From Nemertoderma westbladi (Eukaryota > Animalia > Xenacoelomorpha): DNA of 64,000 bases. Below, one piece after another: positions 21,412 through 34,299 of the stretch (its first letter is position 1; every line of letters begins with the position of its first letter). The notes beneath the pieces were generated by a model. The model searched no databases. It was not told the DNA's origin and worked only from the letters and a program-made list of their open reading frames with translations. The DNA is taken from assembly GCA_032718475.1 (NCBI GenBank), contig JAUCBJ010002000.1, forward strand, positions 9,033 through 73,032. Direction: 5' to 3'. Made by a program: the position numbers and the translations under genes.

Positions 21412-24307
21412 CTGTAACAAAAGGTAATTGATAATTATTATTCTTGAATTAATTTTTCAAATTGTGTTTCCCTTTCGTTTTCAATCCTCTCATGGGAAAA
21501 TCGACACAAATAACATCTGCTTACAACCAAAAATGAATCTATAACCTGTGGTATTGAATTTCGTTTAATTATAATATTCGTTAGAATAACGTGGAAAATT
21601 AACATTGTTAATTCGCGAGAGATATTAAATTGCTTAGAAGGGATTTTCTTCAAGTTTCCACCCGCACCCCGGTCTTCCAGCAAGTTAAGCCATTGGTTAA
21701 TTAAGCTGACCATTTAAAGATCTACATTTCGTTTTCTATAATATAATAATTACTCCTGAAATAAGACATAGTCAGTGATACTGGGTTTTGGCATGTAACT
21801 TTTTAGAGATTCTGGGTTGTTACAAGTATTTCTTATATGTATTTTGTATTCGATAGATCGTGTACTGTGTTTTGGTTGGAAGAATGTGCTTAAAATTCAC
21901 TGATATTGTAATTTCAAAAACTTCACAGACAGACACAGTATAGTAACCTGAGTCAAGTGATATACGAAAAAGAGATACTGGGTTTTGAAATGCAAGACCT
22001 GTTTTATTGACTAAGTGGCTGCTACCGGTACCGGCAAGTGTAAATAAGAAATATAATAATATAAAATGCCCTTAATATTTCTTTTACCTTCTCCATCGTC
22101 GCATTTGTTGCAGGAAGTTTGGCAGTGGACATACATCCAGGCTGGGTTGGTTACACAGTCGCCATTAGCAGCAAACCCTGAGCAATTCTCATAGTCATCC
22201 TTATTCTCAACGCAATCTTAGGGAAGTCATTTTATTACTATAACATTTTAATTATTTAAATCAATAAATTATTTTATAATTTCAATTAAACTTAGTGTGC
22301 TTTTGCAATAAGATACGTACAATATGTGCATGTGCTACTGCTCACCAGTGAGTCGGTTCTTTGTCAGAGATAAAGTTAATTATATTTATTTATATGTATG
22401 TTGTTATCCCCCCCCCCCCCCCCTCCCCTCCCCGCACTCTTAAAAATCGTGACATTTCACTTTAAAAGCGGAGCATAAGAGCAATATTTTTTATTAAATT
22501 ATTTAGGTGAATAAAATTACGTATTTCTTGAAAAAAAAACATCTGCTGCACAACCGCTCTTTGGGTTTACTTTTTGATTATTTTTTAATAATATCAACCG
22601 AAATTCTACATATCACAACAATTATTGATAATAAATAAGGTTTACAAACTTTCTCCATCATTGCAATAGTTGCAGGAAGTCTGACAGTAGTTGTACATGA
22701 ATGCTGGGTTTTCTGTGCACTGGTCATCAGCAGACCAACCTGGGCAGTTCGCGTCAAGATCGGGCCGTTCATGACACACTGAAACAATACAATGAACATC
22801 ATGTTATGACTTACAGTGACAACTAAATCATAATGGATATTGTAGTTATATGTAACTGTCACAACTAACTGAGACTTTTGTTACTACTACTTAATAGGTC
22901 TGCTGCATTGAAGCTGCACATTGAGATATATTCTTGCTATTTTTGCCATCACTATGCAATCCACACTTGCCGGCTTTTTGATACTTTCTGGTTGACCTTT
23001 ATCAGCAACGTCTCACAAGTTACCAGACTGTACAAAGATCTGCCATTAATACTTTATATTAATACTTTTCAATTTACATACCTGTCCCATCGTCACATTT
23101 GTTACACGAAGTTTCACAATTTTCGTACATGTAACTCGGGTTTGTTCCACATTGGCCATCTGCCGCCCAGCCTGGGCAATTGAAGTTGTAATCAGGTTTT
23201 TCACAGCAAGCTTCATAAAATATCAAATTAATATGTAACATAGGTCTGTATTTTTTCCTGCGGGAAAAACTGAGTGAGTGTAAAATTAAAAAGTGAATAT
23301 GGATGATACATTATTTAAAAAAGAGCTTGTATGCATGTGAGCATGTAAACGTTAACATATTTAATTAATCTAACTATTACGTTGAATTAACATTTCCCTT
23401 ATATCAACTTAATAAAACATTTCCATTTGCCTTATTGCCTTTAATAAGGTATGATAAAAGATAGGACATATATTTAGAGGTTAGGTTACAGTTTCAATTA
23501 TGAATTTGTATTCTATTACACAGACACTGTAAGAGCAGCACCCCCCATGAGTTTTAGTAGGGCCTTATTGCAATCGGCGGTACGGTTTGGCTTCAAGTAG
23601 GCCTCTTTCTACTAATGTACTGTGTGAGTCTGGGCCAAACTGTCAGTATCAAACTGTTTTTAAACAACGCGCAATTCTCGTTGCGTCATTGCGTTGCGCC
23701 AATTTTCATTGTGTTGCGTATTTTACAGAAAGCCGGCCTCTTGGCATTTGATTTTGTTTGCACAGACTTCTCCTAACTGATAAATGACATGTAAAGCGGC
23801 ATGTAAAGTTCTGTCCAAGGTCGTATGGACTAATGATATACAGTAGCATATGTGGGGGGCGGGATTGTTGGCCATCAGTAATATAATATGGTACAATAAT
23901 ACTGAAAGATATTTCCATATTTCAGTTAAATACAGTACATATCATTGCTGAGAATTCAATTTACTTTACTTTATTTCGTTCCCTAATAAACATTTTTGTA
24001 TTACAAAAATCACACTCTTTTTGTACTACAAAAGTTGTCAAACTATTTAACATAATTTCCATGATCAAACATGTTGTACAAATTCATAAGAATTGAGAAT
24101 ATGAGAGGATTGTGTTTAAGACTACCATACCCCCCCCCCCCCCCCCACATGATAGATTTTTTAACATTTTTCCGAAAATAACGTGAAGATAATAATACCT
24201 GAAGAAGGTGGACTAGCTTCAGTTCCTCCTTGAGCAACAAAAGTTTGAACACCACCGGATACAACATGCACCATCGCCAAGACAGTGAGACACAAGAGGA
24301 TTTTCAT
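21290..24307 (-). CDS. Secreted protein with four tandem ShKT domains (205 aa, 5 coding exons)
   Basis: join(24307..24199, 23210..23082, 22778..22650, 22216..22088, 21411..21290) = 618 nt. All introns GT..AG and phase 1, open frame from ATG to TAG. Signal peptide MKILLCLTVLAMVHVVSG followed by four C..D....C..W/F.....C..NP..M...C..SC..C units. Confidence 0.9.
22088..22216 (-). CDS. ShKT protein exon 4 (ShKT domain 3)
   Basis: cctaag|..CVENKDDYENCSGFAANGDCVTNPAWMYVHCQTSCNKCDDGE..|gtaaaa, 129 nt. Confidence 0.9.
22650..22778 (-). CDS. ShKT protein exon 3 (ShKT domain 2)
   Basis: tttcag|..CHERPDLDANCPGWSADDQCTENPAFMYNYCQTSCNYCNDGE..|gtttgt, 129 nt. Confidence 0.9.
23082..23210 (-). CDS. ShKT protein exon 2 (ShKT domain 1)
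   Basis: ag|..CCEKPDYNFNCPGWAADGQCGTNPSYMYENCETSCNKCDDGT..|gtatgt, 129 nt. Confidence 0.9.
24199..24307 (-). CDS. ShKT protein coding exon 1 (signal peptide + linker)
   Basis: ATG in ccacaATG context. MKILLCLTVLAMVHVVSGGVQTFVAQGGTEASPPSS, then G|gtatta (109 nt, phase 1). Confidence 0.85.
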
Positions 24308-25414
24308 TGTGGATATTTCGAATTGAGTTTGTTGAACAAATAAACAACGTTTGGACGTTTTGTTTTAAAACTTCTAACTTTAAAAACGTTAAGTTGTGAT
24401 AAGTAACTTTTTGTTTGAAGATATATATATATATGATTTTGCGTGGGTGACAGACATGTGTATTTCCTATTGATTTACATTATTTTCTTGCATGTGGCAT
24501 GATGCAATAAATAATTGGGCTATTTATTATAATATTCGTTAAAGTAATACATGCAATTATATATTTCTGTTGATTTGGTATATCAGCTTTGTTGAATACA
24601 TCTCATTATATTTTTACAGTACAGTACGGGCTAGACTATAGTATATAGATGCAGATGAATTCAGTTTGATCAATTTTATAAACGCAGCTGCAGTTACTGC
24701 ACATGTGAATTTCTGAGCTCAGGCTGATATCTGTCTGGGGTGTATGTGCGTGGATAGTTGATACTTTCTGATGTAGCAAACAAATCATAGTTTGTGTCGT
24801 TGTAAACACCTAAAAGGTGGTGCAAAAATTGTGCCTACACGGTTTAATAAATCTAAAACGGTTTAATATGTTAATTAAAAACTATATATTGGTACGACCG
24901 ATGGCACTGGCAACTGGTATAATCAGATGTAGATGTACATACCACTCTGCCAATACAACAATAGCAATAGGCCTACCCCTACCAACCATCCATTGACTCG
25001 GCAACTGCAACCATGGAAGTTATGCGGACTAACAAGCTGACCGGCATTCTAAGTTCAGGTACCCACTACCAGAGTCTACCCAGCTGCCCAGAAAAGTGTT
25101 GGAATTGATATCAAACAACTCACCACCAAGGCTGCCTCTGTCTGTTGACCATGACTTTCGGTATCGCTGCCACTATGGGCAAACTGGACTAACCATAACC
25201 GAGGATCAAATAATCCGGTTTTTTAATCTCACTCTGCCATCACCCAGTGCCTGGCGGTGTTGAAATTGACATGCATTGTACAAGCAGTACCCTATTGGCC
25301 TATTGCTCCGAGTTTCCGACTGGTCGGGTGCAACTGCTGCATCTACATTGTCACACTATAACTTGTGCTCATGAGGACGAGTACTGCATAGACTATAATC
25401 CTATAAACCAAAAC

Positions 25415-25680
25415 CATACCTGGCTTCACCTATTGAACGCATCAGTAGTTATAAAGATCGTCAGTCTGCATTTAGGAAAGATATTTAACTACAAAACAGG
25501 CACAACGAGGCTTATAATGAGGACGAGTACTGCATTGACTATATTATTATATAAACCACCTGGCTTCACATATTGAACGCTTACTGAACGCTTATTGAAC
25601 GTTATCATTATTATAAAGATCATCAGCCTGCGTTTAAGAAATATATTTAAATACATAACAGGATGAATGCAATGATGCTT
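25415..25680 (-). repeat. Inverted-orientation copy of the ~150-bp repeat at 6880..7170
   Basis: TATAAACCACCTGGCTTCACATATTGA and ATAAAGATCGTCAGTCTGC are reverse complements of motifs at 7030..7170. Confidence 0.8.
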
Positions 25681-25685
25681 ATACT

Positions 25686-25752
25686 ATGGAAAATCGGGAA
25701 GCCTGGAAGGGTCTCATTTCCATTGTCCGAGTTCGCTCGACCTAGTAGTAAT
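25686..25752 (+). mobile_element. Very short 3' stub of the second RTE subfamily
   Basis: AATCGGGAAGCCTGGAAGG..TGTCCGAGTTCGCTCGACCTAGTAGTA matches the reverse complement of 16497..16556. Confidence 0.85.
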
Positions 25753-26849
25753 AGTATATTGTAAAGCCGGGTTGTGCACCATTGGTTGGAAGCAAAGTTC
25801 AAAAATTTTATTCACACTATGATATATATATATATATCTATATATGACACATGGAATACATGTGAGGGTTATTAGGTACTTAAGGGATGAAACCATTGCC
25901 TAGCGAGGAGCAATTGGAATAATTTTAGTCTGTGGAGCTACATAAGTCTCCTTCCATTAGAAGTTACCTATTTGAGCTCCTTTTCAGATACTAGAGAGTC
26001 AGGTCATACGTACATGAAAGACTCAAAATTATTACAGGTTCAATTATTACTTATAAAATATTAAACAGATCACTACAGAAGCTTTCATTGATGCCAAAGC
26101 TGTTGGTGAACCATCGGAAAGTAGATGATATGAATGGGCCTTTCAAAGGTTGCACTACAAGAATATCCAAGCAGTAGAAGCAGTTAGTAGGTGTGGTGGT
26201 GCTATTCCAATAGTTATGGTGTGAAATCTTCCATGTGACAATATAGACTTACAATATCCACAGCCAGGAAAGCAGATTTATGGTAAATATGGGACTCTGG
26301 TGTTCTTGTCCCAGGAGAATTTATATTCTATAATAATTTGGGCTGTGACAGGGCAGGGTTCCATACAATGCTAACATGCTTTCCAATAACTGTATAATGT
26401 AACTTAATGTTAGTCAACACTGGTGGCAGCCATATTCGTGAACTGATAATATTGGCTGCAAGGGTTGTCAAAAATTTATTGAGCTCCAATTAATTGCAAT
26501 TAATTAATTGCTCACTTTTTGATAATTTAATAATTGCTAGGGCAATGTCCAATTAATTGAAAAAAAATTGATAAATTAGATCAATTAATTGCCCATCCCA
26601 TCTTAATGCCTCTCCGATTATTTAAACATAGTATACTATACAGTATAATATAATAAATACCCGAATGCACTGCTGAGCTCACCAGTCAGTCACCATACCT
26701 CTACATCATAGCAGTTAGAAATTGGCTGAACGATTATACTGTAAATTATAGGCCTAAATCACCAAACTGTAACTATTGTTATACTGCCCACCCCGCCCCT
26801 GCATTGAAGTCTCGAGTTGCCCGATATTTTAAGGAAACAAATACTGGTT

Positions 26850-29002
26850 GTGGACAATGGGTATGTAGCTACGGAAAAAACTGATACAAAGGAAAGGTAG
26901 TGGTTGGACTAATTTAGTAAACCATTTGAAATCTCAACATCCCGAGTGGTCTTTGTTTGAGGATGGGCAATCGACGCTTCAAGGGTTCGCTGTACCCAGT
27001 TTGCCACAGAATATCCACGATTGGCTGGAGTGGGTCTGCGTGGGTATGAAGCCCTTCTCATTTGTAACTGACCCTCTCACATGCAAGTATACCAATCTGA
27101 ATCCAATATCTATTAATAGCTTCAAAAAATATATGGAATCTGTAGTAAAGAAGGTGGAGCTCTCTATTTCGGAAGAGCTCCCTGAACAATTTGCGATAAT
27201 TTTAGATGGATGGAGCAAGCACAGTACACATTATGTGGCTGTGTTTGCTAGTTGGGAAAATTTGAATGTCCCAGAAGGATATTCTACTGCACTTCTAGCA
27301 TTTAGCCCAATACAAGAAGAAACAGAATTCACAGCTACAGCACATCGGGATTTTCTAGAATGGGTATTATTATTGTTATTATTATCTTTGTTTAATCTGA
27401 CACTATAGGTCCATTGTAGGTACAAGATATATTTAATTACATATATACAGTAGTAGAAGTATACAGACCACATTATATAAATTTACCTAGACAACAGAAT
27501 AAAAACAAAATCAGAAATTTAGGTTACCCCAAGCACCACTAACCACCTCTTGCGCAACACCGAGAGAGAAACGTTAGCAATTTAATGAATAAGGATGTTT
27601 TGTGAAACATCAATACGTCGTAGCAAAGAAAAAAATATTACTTCTCTGCATAGCCCTAAAAGTATTGATCCTATTATTTACAAAAATTTCACTAGCGTCC
27701 TCAGTTCTAGAATATTTGAAAAGTGATCTAAAAGCAGTATTATAAGCTACCTTAACCTTGCGCAAATTCTCAACACGAGATATAGACCAGAGTGAACAAC
27801 AGTACATGCTGTAACAGTAGGATCTAAATAAGGTTAACTTTACTTCATATGAACAATTCGAAAATAATCTAGCAATCTGGTTACCCCTACAATACATTTC
27901 ATATCTGATTCATCGCTTAGATCGCAGGTAATTGTATGACAAAGGTAATTAACCTCCTTAACACAATGTAATAGTTTACCACAGTGATATACATCACCAG
28001 CACGGTTAATTCTATAAGGAAGAAAATACATACATACATACTGTATTAGTTGAGGTGTTCCATCACTCAATGTCTAATGTGGTTTGTATAGTTGGAGATA
28101 ATGCAGAAACAAATAAAGCATTAAGCAGGCTCTGTGGAAAACCATTCATAGGGTGTGCTTCACATCGCTTCAACTTGGCAGTTAATAAGGAGCTCGAAAA
28201 GCACAAGATACTCTTAGACAAGGTGAATAGTCTAATGGTTAAGTTGAAGAATCTCAAGTTGGCTGGTCAGTTGCGATTGTATACGAACTTGCGCCCTGTA
28301 CAAAGGAACACTACAAGATGGAGCTCAACAGCTGCTATGGTCAACAGATACTTTGAATTAAAACCGCATCTTACTTCATTTGAAGATTGTCCTGACATTA
28401 TGGACTTGGTTTATCTCCACATGAAAACAATGTCCTACAAGAGGTTCAAAAACTTATTAATAAATTTGATTCCGTGACAAAGGCTCCGATTCCGCGACAG
28501 AGGGAGTCCTTAGATATTTCGGTTGTAAGACTGCTTTTCGATAGTGTTATTGAGTCCCACCCAGAGACTAAGTTCTATTTAGGGGAAAATGCTCCAATAA
28601 TATATTCTAAAGATTTTGAGAACAGAATCACCTAGATAGTGAATAAAAAAGAATTATTATTAACTGCAAATGAATATTCTGCTGTTGATAACCTGAAACG
28701 GAGATCTAGAGATGGAGGTACCAGTATTGAAGATGCTACCATTGCTGACGGCCCTTCGCAACTAGTTTCAAATGAAAACTTTGCAAGTGAGATATTGAAG
28801 AGGAAAAAAGTAAAATTATCTGATTACTTTGATTGTCGCTTTCTGCTACCAACCAGCGATATTGTAGAACGCTTTTTCTCATTGGTGGGATATTGTTTTA
28901 GTGATTACCACCAGGCTCTTCTACCAATGAATTTAGAAATTTTTAAAAGTGAATAGACGTTTTTGGAATGTGGCAACTGTTTCTGAAATACTCAATGAAT
29001 GA
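26850..29002 (+). pseudogene. hAT-like transposase (frameshifted, LINE-interrupted)
   Basis: IILDGWS, VGDNAETN, GCASHRFNLAV (CxxH), TTRWSST, PTSDIVERFFS. Confidence 0.88.
27370..28042 (-). mobile_element. 5'-truncated CR1/L2-group LINE inserted in the hAT transposase
   Basis: RT C-terminus YCRGNQIARLFSNCSYEVKLTLFRSYCYSMYCCSLW. (AAT)n tail at ~27370..27385. Probable TSD GTATTA at 27364..27369 and 28043..28048. Confidence 0.85.
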
Positions 29003-29667
29003 AAACGAAGTTTAATGAATTTACTTAATATCGTGTGTTATTCTGTTATGATATAAAGATAAAATATCAATGGAAATATGATTATTATTATTATTTTGCT
29101 ATTAATTTCTTTTATTGCAATTAATTGAATAATTGATTTTTAGAAACTCAATTATTCAATTAATTGTTTGGCAGCTCAACCAATTACAATTAATTGATTG
29201 GTGCCATGCAATTAAATTGCAATCAATTATTGACAACCCTTGATTGGCTGTCTGGCAACTGGAGTAGCAGGCTGTGCCTGGGGATTATTGGGGAAGCCCC
29301 GTGACAGGGCCACGCTTCCATACAATACTAACTAACATTCACAGTAACTGGAACTGTAACTTAATAATGTTTAAGTATGCCAGTAGCCAGCCAGTGATAC
29401 TTAATGGTAGTCAACGGGAGCTGCAGCCAATGCAATGTTGTAAATATTCATTTCAGAACATGTATTTATTTAACATTGGGAGTTCATTATAGTGGCCAGG
29501 AACATGTCAGAACTATGAGCATTTATATTCAATTGTCAAAAAACACAGTAATACATTATAAAATGTTGTATTACTTTAAAAATAAACAGTTTTTATTGAT
29601 ACTCAGAACTAAAAAATCGACTTAGAGGGTTCTGCGTTAAACGTAACGTTTTGGTCCTTTAATTTTA

Positions 29668-29934
29668 TTACTGATTTGTGACACATTTCACCCAAAACAA
29701 AGCCACTACGACCAACGCCTCTACTTCTACTTTTGTACCATGTCCAATTTGACATTGACAAATATCGACAGCCTCTATACCCATTTCAAATTTCGAAGTT
29801 ATACACAAGTCATGGTACCACAGAGAACAGTTATCACAATCTTCCCAATCTATAATGTATCTACAGTATACCTTGCAGTTATTCGAAGGATTGATTGAAT
29901 GACCCAAGACACAAACTTTTCTAATTCGCAACAA
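29668..29934 (-). pseudogene. PHD-finger-like remnant, probably the C-terminus of a DNA transposase
   Basis: CKVYC..DWEDCDNCSLWYHDLC..DICQCQ fits a PHD pattern. No upstream frame survives. Confidence 0.35.
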
Positions 29935-32608
29935 CTACTCTGCTTATTACTACTTTCTAATAATTGGACGGATCCAAGAAGTGGATGTCCTTATTTCTCA
30001 CGCGTGTTTGTTTGTTTTTTTCTTGTTTGTTTGTACACGCAACTTCTTGCACTTAATGTTGATGGAATTGGATGAAACTTTGTTTATTAGGTTCATTATT
30101 GGACCTAGTAGCGTATGCAAGATTTTGGTTGCGAGGGACCTGTTGCTTGCCTAGCAACAGTGAAATTAATTCTAGAATGACCGATCATAATCGTAGAATT
30201 CACTCAATCAAAATTCTGTCGACACCCCATAGGGAGCACCTATTGGACATGCTTTATGCAAAATGTAGCTTTATTTCGTTTAGAATTGTAGGAGAAGATA
30301 CATTTCTAACGAACAGTGTTTTTTTTAAATAGGTCCTACCAATACTATATTATACTATTATCATACTGGCTAACCAATCCCGAATATCGTTGCCAAGACA
30401 ATATCCTATTGGAGGTTTAAATTATCCTAAATTTCGTAACTTCGTAATGCTATCACTCATCGTCATCGTCAACGCTATTTGCATCATGACTAAATAATAT
30501 ATGAACTAACATTTTTTTTTTTTTTTTTTTTTTATTTACACCGTAAACGAAATTTAAAATAAAATTAAAATTGCAATTTCGACACAATACAATACAGTTA
30601 CTATTATTAGAAAAATAAACTTAAAATAAAATTTAAAACTGAAATTTCGGCACATTACAATACAGTTACTATTATTAGAAAAATTGCACTGATATATGGC
30701 ATCGCAGAATATACTCAGGATCACTGGCCGACATCACCATAATAACCCAACCGGTGTACCACATCACGATTCTCTGAGAAAAAGAAGGTAAGAGGCAAAA
30801 CTAGCTATGCTACTGCTTTCTCTCCTTTTTTTTTTTGAACAGAACATAAAACGAATAACGCACCCCCTAAAACCATATTACATCAGAACAAAACAAAAAT
30901 TACAAACAAACGTTCAGTGGTGCAATGATTTTATAATTAAATATTGTGGTATCCCATTATGCGAATAATACACGAGCTCGTTCGAGCTCCATTGATGATG
31001 GTTGATGATGAGGTTCAGTGTCAAGGTAAGTTGCAGTATAATAATTGAGAGATCTGTCTGGTCCACATTGACAACTATTGGGTTATCATACATTATTATT
31101 TACGTATTAGGCTGCCCTGCTTATGCGCGTAATTCATTACAACAAACAAACAATAAAATAATAATTGTGTTGTACAGACGGTACTTGTTGAACGAAACTA
31201 TGTTTCGTTTTGCGTTTTTCGTTATTAGGCTTCCCTGCATAGGCGCGTGATTTATTACAACAATATTGATAGCAATGGATCCGTCCATATTGCCAGCTCT
31301 CGATCGCAAGCTTGTAAATGAATTGTTGTTATGTGAGTGACAGTGAATTAAGTATACAATGTAATAAATAGGACAATATTTTATTATTTCGCTATGGAGA
31401 GCATTATCATATTGTACTATTACGTTATATAATTTCTACTTTCTGGGTCACCTTCAGATTCATTTACATTTTCGATACTCGAACTATGAGAAACCTCATC
31501 TTCAGTAGCCATATTAACGTCTCACCTCATAATCTATGTCAGTAATTATCCTTCGCTTTTATCATGTTGACCAAGAGTTGCAGTCTATACAATTGTGATT
31601 ATGGTGAGATCAGTAACCAAGGTTAATGTGGCTTACCGAGTTTCCGATTTATCACACATATACTCAGAATTGTGTCGTAGGTACCTGAACAACCCACTTT
31701 TTTCTAAAATCTTAATAATGGTTGAGTCATAATGTTTATTTACCCTTTAAATATTTAGCTACTTGCATTTTATTTAATAAATTGTCTCCACCAATATTGA
31801 ACTAGTAGCACTGCAGTTATTCCTCATTTCATCCCTCATTTTCCATCACTAGTTTCCATCCTTTATTACTCTTGATGACATCAATTGTTTATGCAACGAG
31901 TGTGCCAGCTTGTGAGGCAGGCATGTACATTATGCAATGCGTATTGCATCAATAAAATTTCTTCTACATGCTATCTACACTACAAGTATGTCAACTTTGA
32001 CAGATATCGGTTTGGTTGCAAATCAACATCCAACAATATGGTTTCTAGGATCGATCGTTCTATGATATGCACTACCTGCCTACTAATTATTGACAACAGC
32101 TCCATACCTATTATTCTGAAAAACAGGTGATTTGCTAATTTGTTTGCATGAAATTTAGGGTGATATAATTAGTTCGCTAATTAGTGTGAACTGGGAGTGA
32201 GTTACGCCAAAGTTTGTAATATTATAATATTTATTTAGGTCTTCTTTTTATTTCTTGCTTTTTTGTGATGCAAATGCATGATTGATTAATCTGTACATAG
32301 TCTTTAAATGTCATCCTGGAACCTATTACATACATGTGCTGCACCATTGCAGACCCCAGCGGGAATATTTTAATTATTATCATATGGCCTTCTCACACGC
32401 ATCAACTTGAGTCTGCGGGAAACTTGTTGATGCAACTTGTATGTATCTGTAACTTGTTGCTGAACTCCTCACATCTCACATGACATGACACTCCTTGCTC
32501 AAGTAAATATCAATTATCATATATAATATTTAACTATTTACATACTTGTGTGTAAAGTAGCACTTTACAGTGTGATGACATATACTGGCTGTCAGGCAAA
32601 TTTCCACC

Positions 32609-32699
32609 TATTGTTTACGAGGTATCCAATGATGGTGTTAAGTAATGTCCCCTTAGTGGACATTACTTAACGCCGTCATGGTTTACCACGTAAACAATA
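32609..32699. repeat. ~90-bp imperfect palindrome
   Basis: TATTGTTTACG..ATGATGGTGTTAAGTAATGTCC / GGACATTACTTAACGCCGTCAT..CGTAAACAATA with a 7-nt loop. Confidence 0.85.
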
Positions 32700-32924
32700 A
32701 CACCAAATACAATACTAAATGTACAGGACAATACAATGCTGTAATGTCCTCTAAAGTTGTAAAGTGATAAATAACAACTTGCTGCTAATACTATCGGCGT
32801 TGAGTAATGTTACAATTTTGGAATAATATATATTTATTATCAAATAAACACCAAACAATAAACAAACTACTACTTGTATGGTATAAATCAACTTACTATG
32901 TATAAACTGTCAACTATATATTAA

Positions 32925-33716
32925 CAGCCCTATAAAACTAATTGGAGCGATACAGATTTAGACTTAGCTCTGCATTCTGTGAGAATGGGAAAAAAGATTT
33001 ATAAAGCGCATAAAGAGTTTGGTATCCCATTTAGAACTCTACATCGTGCCGTGAAATGGGGTTCGAAATCAGAAACAAATCCAGGAAGACCATTTGTTTT
33101 TACAGAAATCGAGGAAGATTGTTTCATAAAAACTATAAACCATCTAACTGATTGGAAATTTCCTCTAACGGCATTTGATGTTAAGCTTCTAGTGAAAGAT
33201 TACCTGGACAAAGCTGGTCGAGTGACGCGATTTAAAAACAATTTGCCAGGTAAGGATTGGCTTCATGGTTTCATGAAAAGACATAAGCTTTGGAAACGAC
33301 TTGCTGACAAAGTGAAACCACAGCGAATTAATGTTAATTCAATTGCAATCAAGGAGTTTTTTGATTATTACAAAGAGGAGACTAAAGACATTTTGCCCCA
33401 ATTCATATCGCACCTCTAAAGAAGGTCTGGAGGTCTGTTTTGTCTGATTGGAGACTTGAAACACGATGTCAAGGAGGGATTCCAGGTTTTTCCCAGTCTA
33501 ATGAAACGCTTACTGAGCGAGTATGTTACCTGTACTGCCAATATGATAGCCGGATTTAAGGCTTGTGGACTATATCCTTTGGATAGAAATCAGGTTCTGA
33601 AGCGCTTAGCTCCCGAGGATACAACTACTGATGTATCAGTGAGAACACATTTAGGAGATTCGGTTCCAGATCTTCTCTCCAAACATGTTCTTCCAGCAAA
33701 GTTTATGTATACATAA
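32925..33716 (+). pseudogene. pogo/Tigger-like transposase relic (HTH_psq + CENP-B HTH; DDE core deleted)
   Basis: KAHKEFGIPFRTL, PGRPFVFTEIEE..WKFPLT..RFKNNLPGKDWLHGFMKRH, then directly the C-terminal NMIAGFKACGLYPLD motif. Confidence 0.8.
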
Positions 33717-33783
33717 ATTATATTATAATATAATAATATATATAATAATATATAATAATAATAATAATAATAAATATAATCAT

Positions 33784-34299
33784 GTATATTGATCAGTTAT
33801 TACAGTTCAGAAGTATTGAACTGTCAGATACGATATATTATTAGGTATATATTTTTTATTTTTTTTGGGTATATTGATCAGTTATTACAGTTCAGAAGTA
33901 TTTAACTGTCAGATACGATATATTATTAGGTATATATTTTTTATTTTTTTTTTGGGTATATTGATCAGTTATTACAGTTCAGAAGTATTGAACTGTCAGA
34001 TAAGATATATTATTAGGTATATATTTTTTATTTTTTTGGTATATTGATGAGTTATTACAGTTCAGAAGTATTGAACTGTCAGATACGATATATTATTAGG
34101 TATATATTTTTTATTTTTTTGGTATATTGATGAGTTATTACAGTTCAGAAGTAATGAACTGTCAGATACGATATATTATTAGGTATATATTTTTTATTTT
34201 TTTTGGGTATATTGATCAGTTATTACAGTTCAGAAGTATTGAACTGTCAGATACGATATATTATTAGGTATATATTTTTTATTTTTTTGGGTATATTGT
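33784..34299 (+). repeat. Minisatellite, ~6 copies of an 83-87-bp unit
   Basis: Units start GTATATTGATSAGTTATTACAG at 33784, 33869, 33956, 34039, 34122 and 34207, with a partial unit at 34291. Unit length varies in the T-runs. Confidence 0.95.

Larger units (their letters stand above)
26459..29242 (+). mobile_element. hAT-superfamily DNA transposon, full length but interrupted
   Basis: TIR CAAGGGTTGTCAA(A/T)AATT at both ends. 8-bp TSD ATTGGCTG at 26451..26458 and 29243..29250. AATTAATTG subterminal repeats. Confidence 0.92.

Noticed and set aside
25050-25400. Possible Academ-like transposase C-terminus (LPSP..W, PIAP, CNC)
   Set aside because: Too degraded to support.
33784-34299. CRISPR-like array
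   Set aside because: Units are head to tail with no unique spacers, no cas genes, and the context is eukaryotic.
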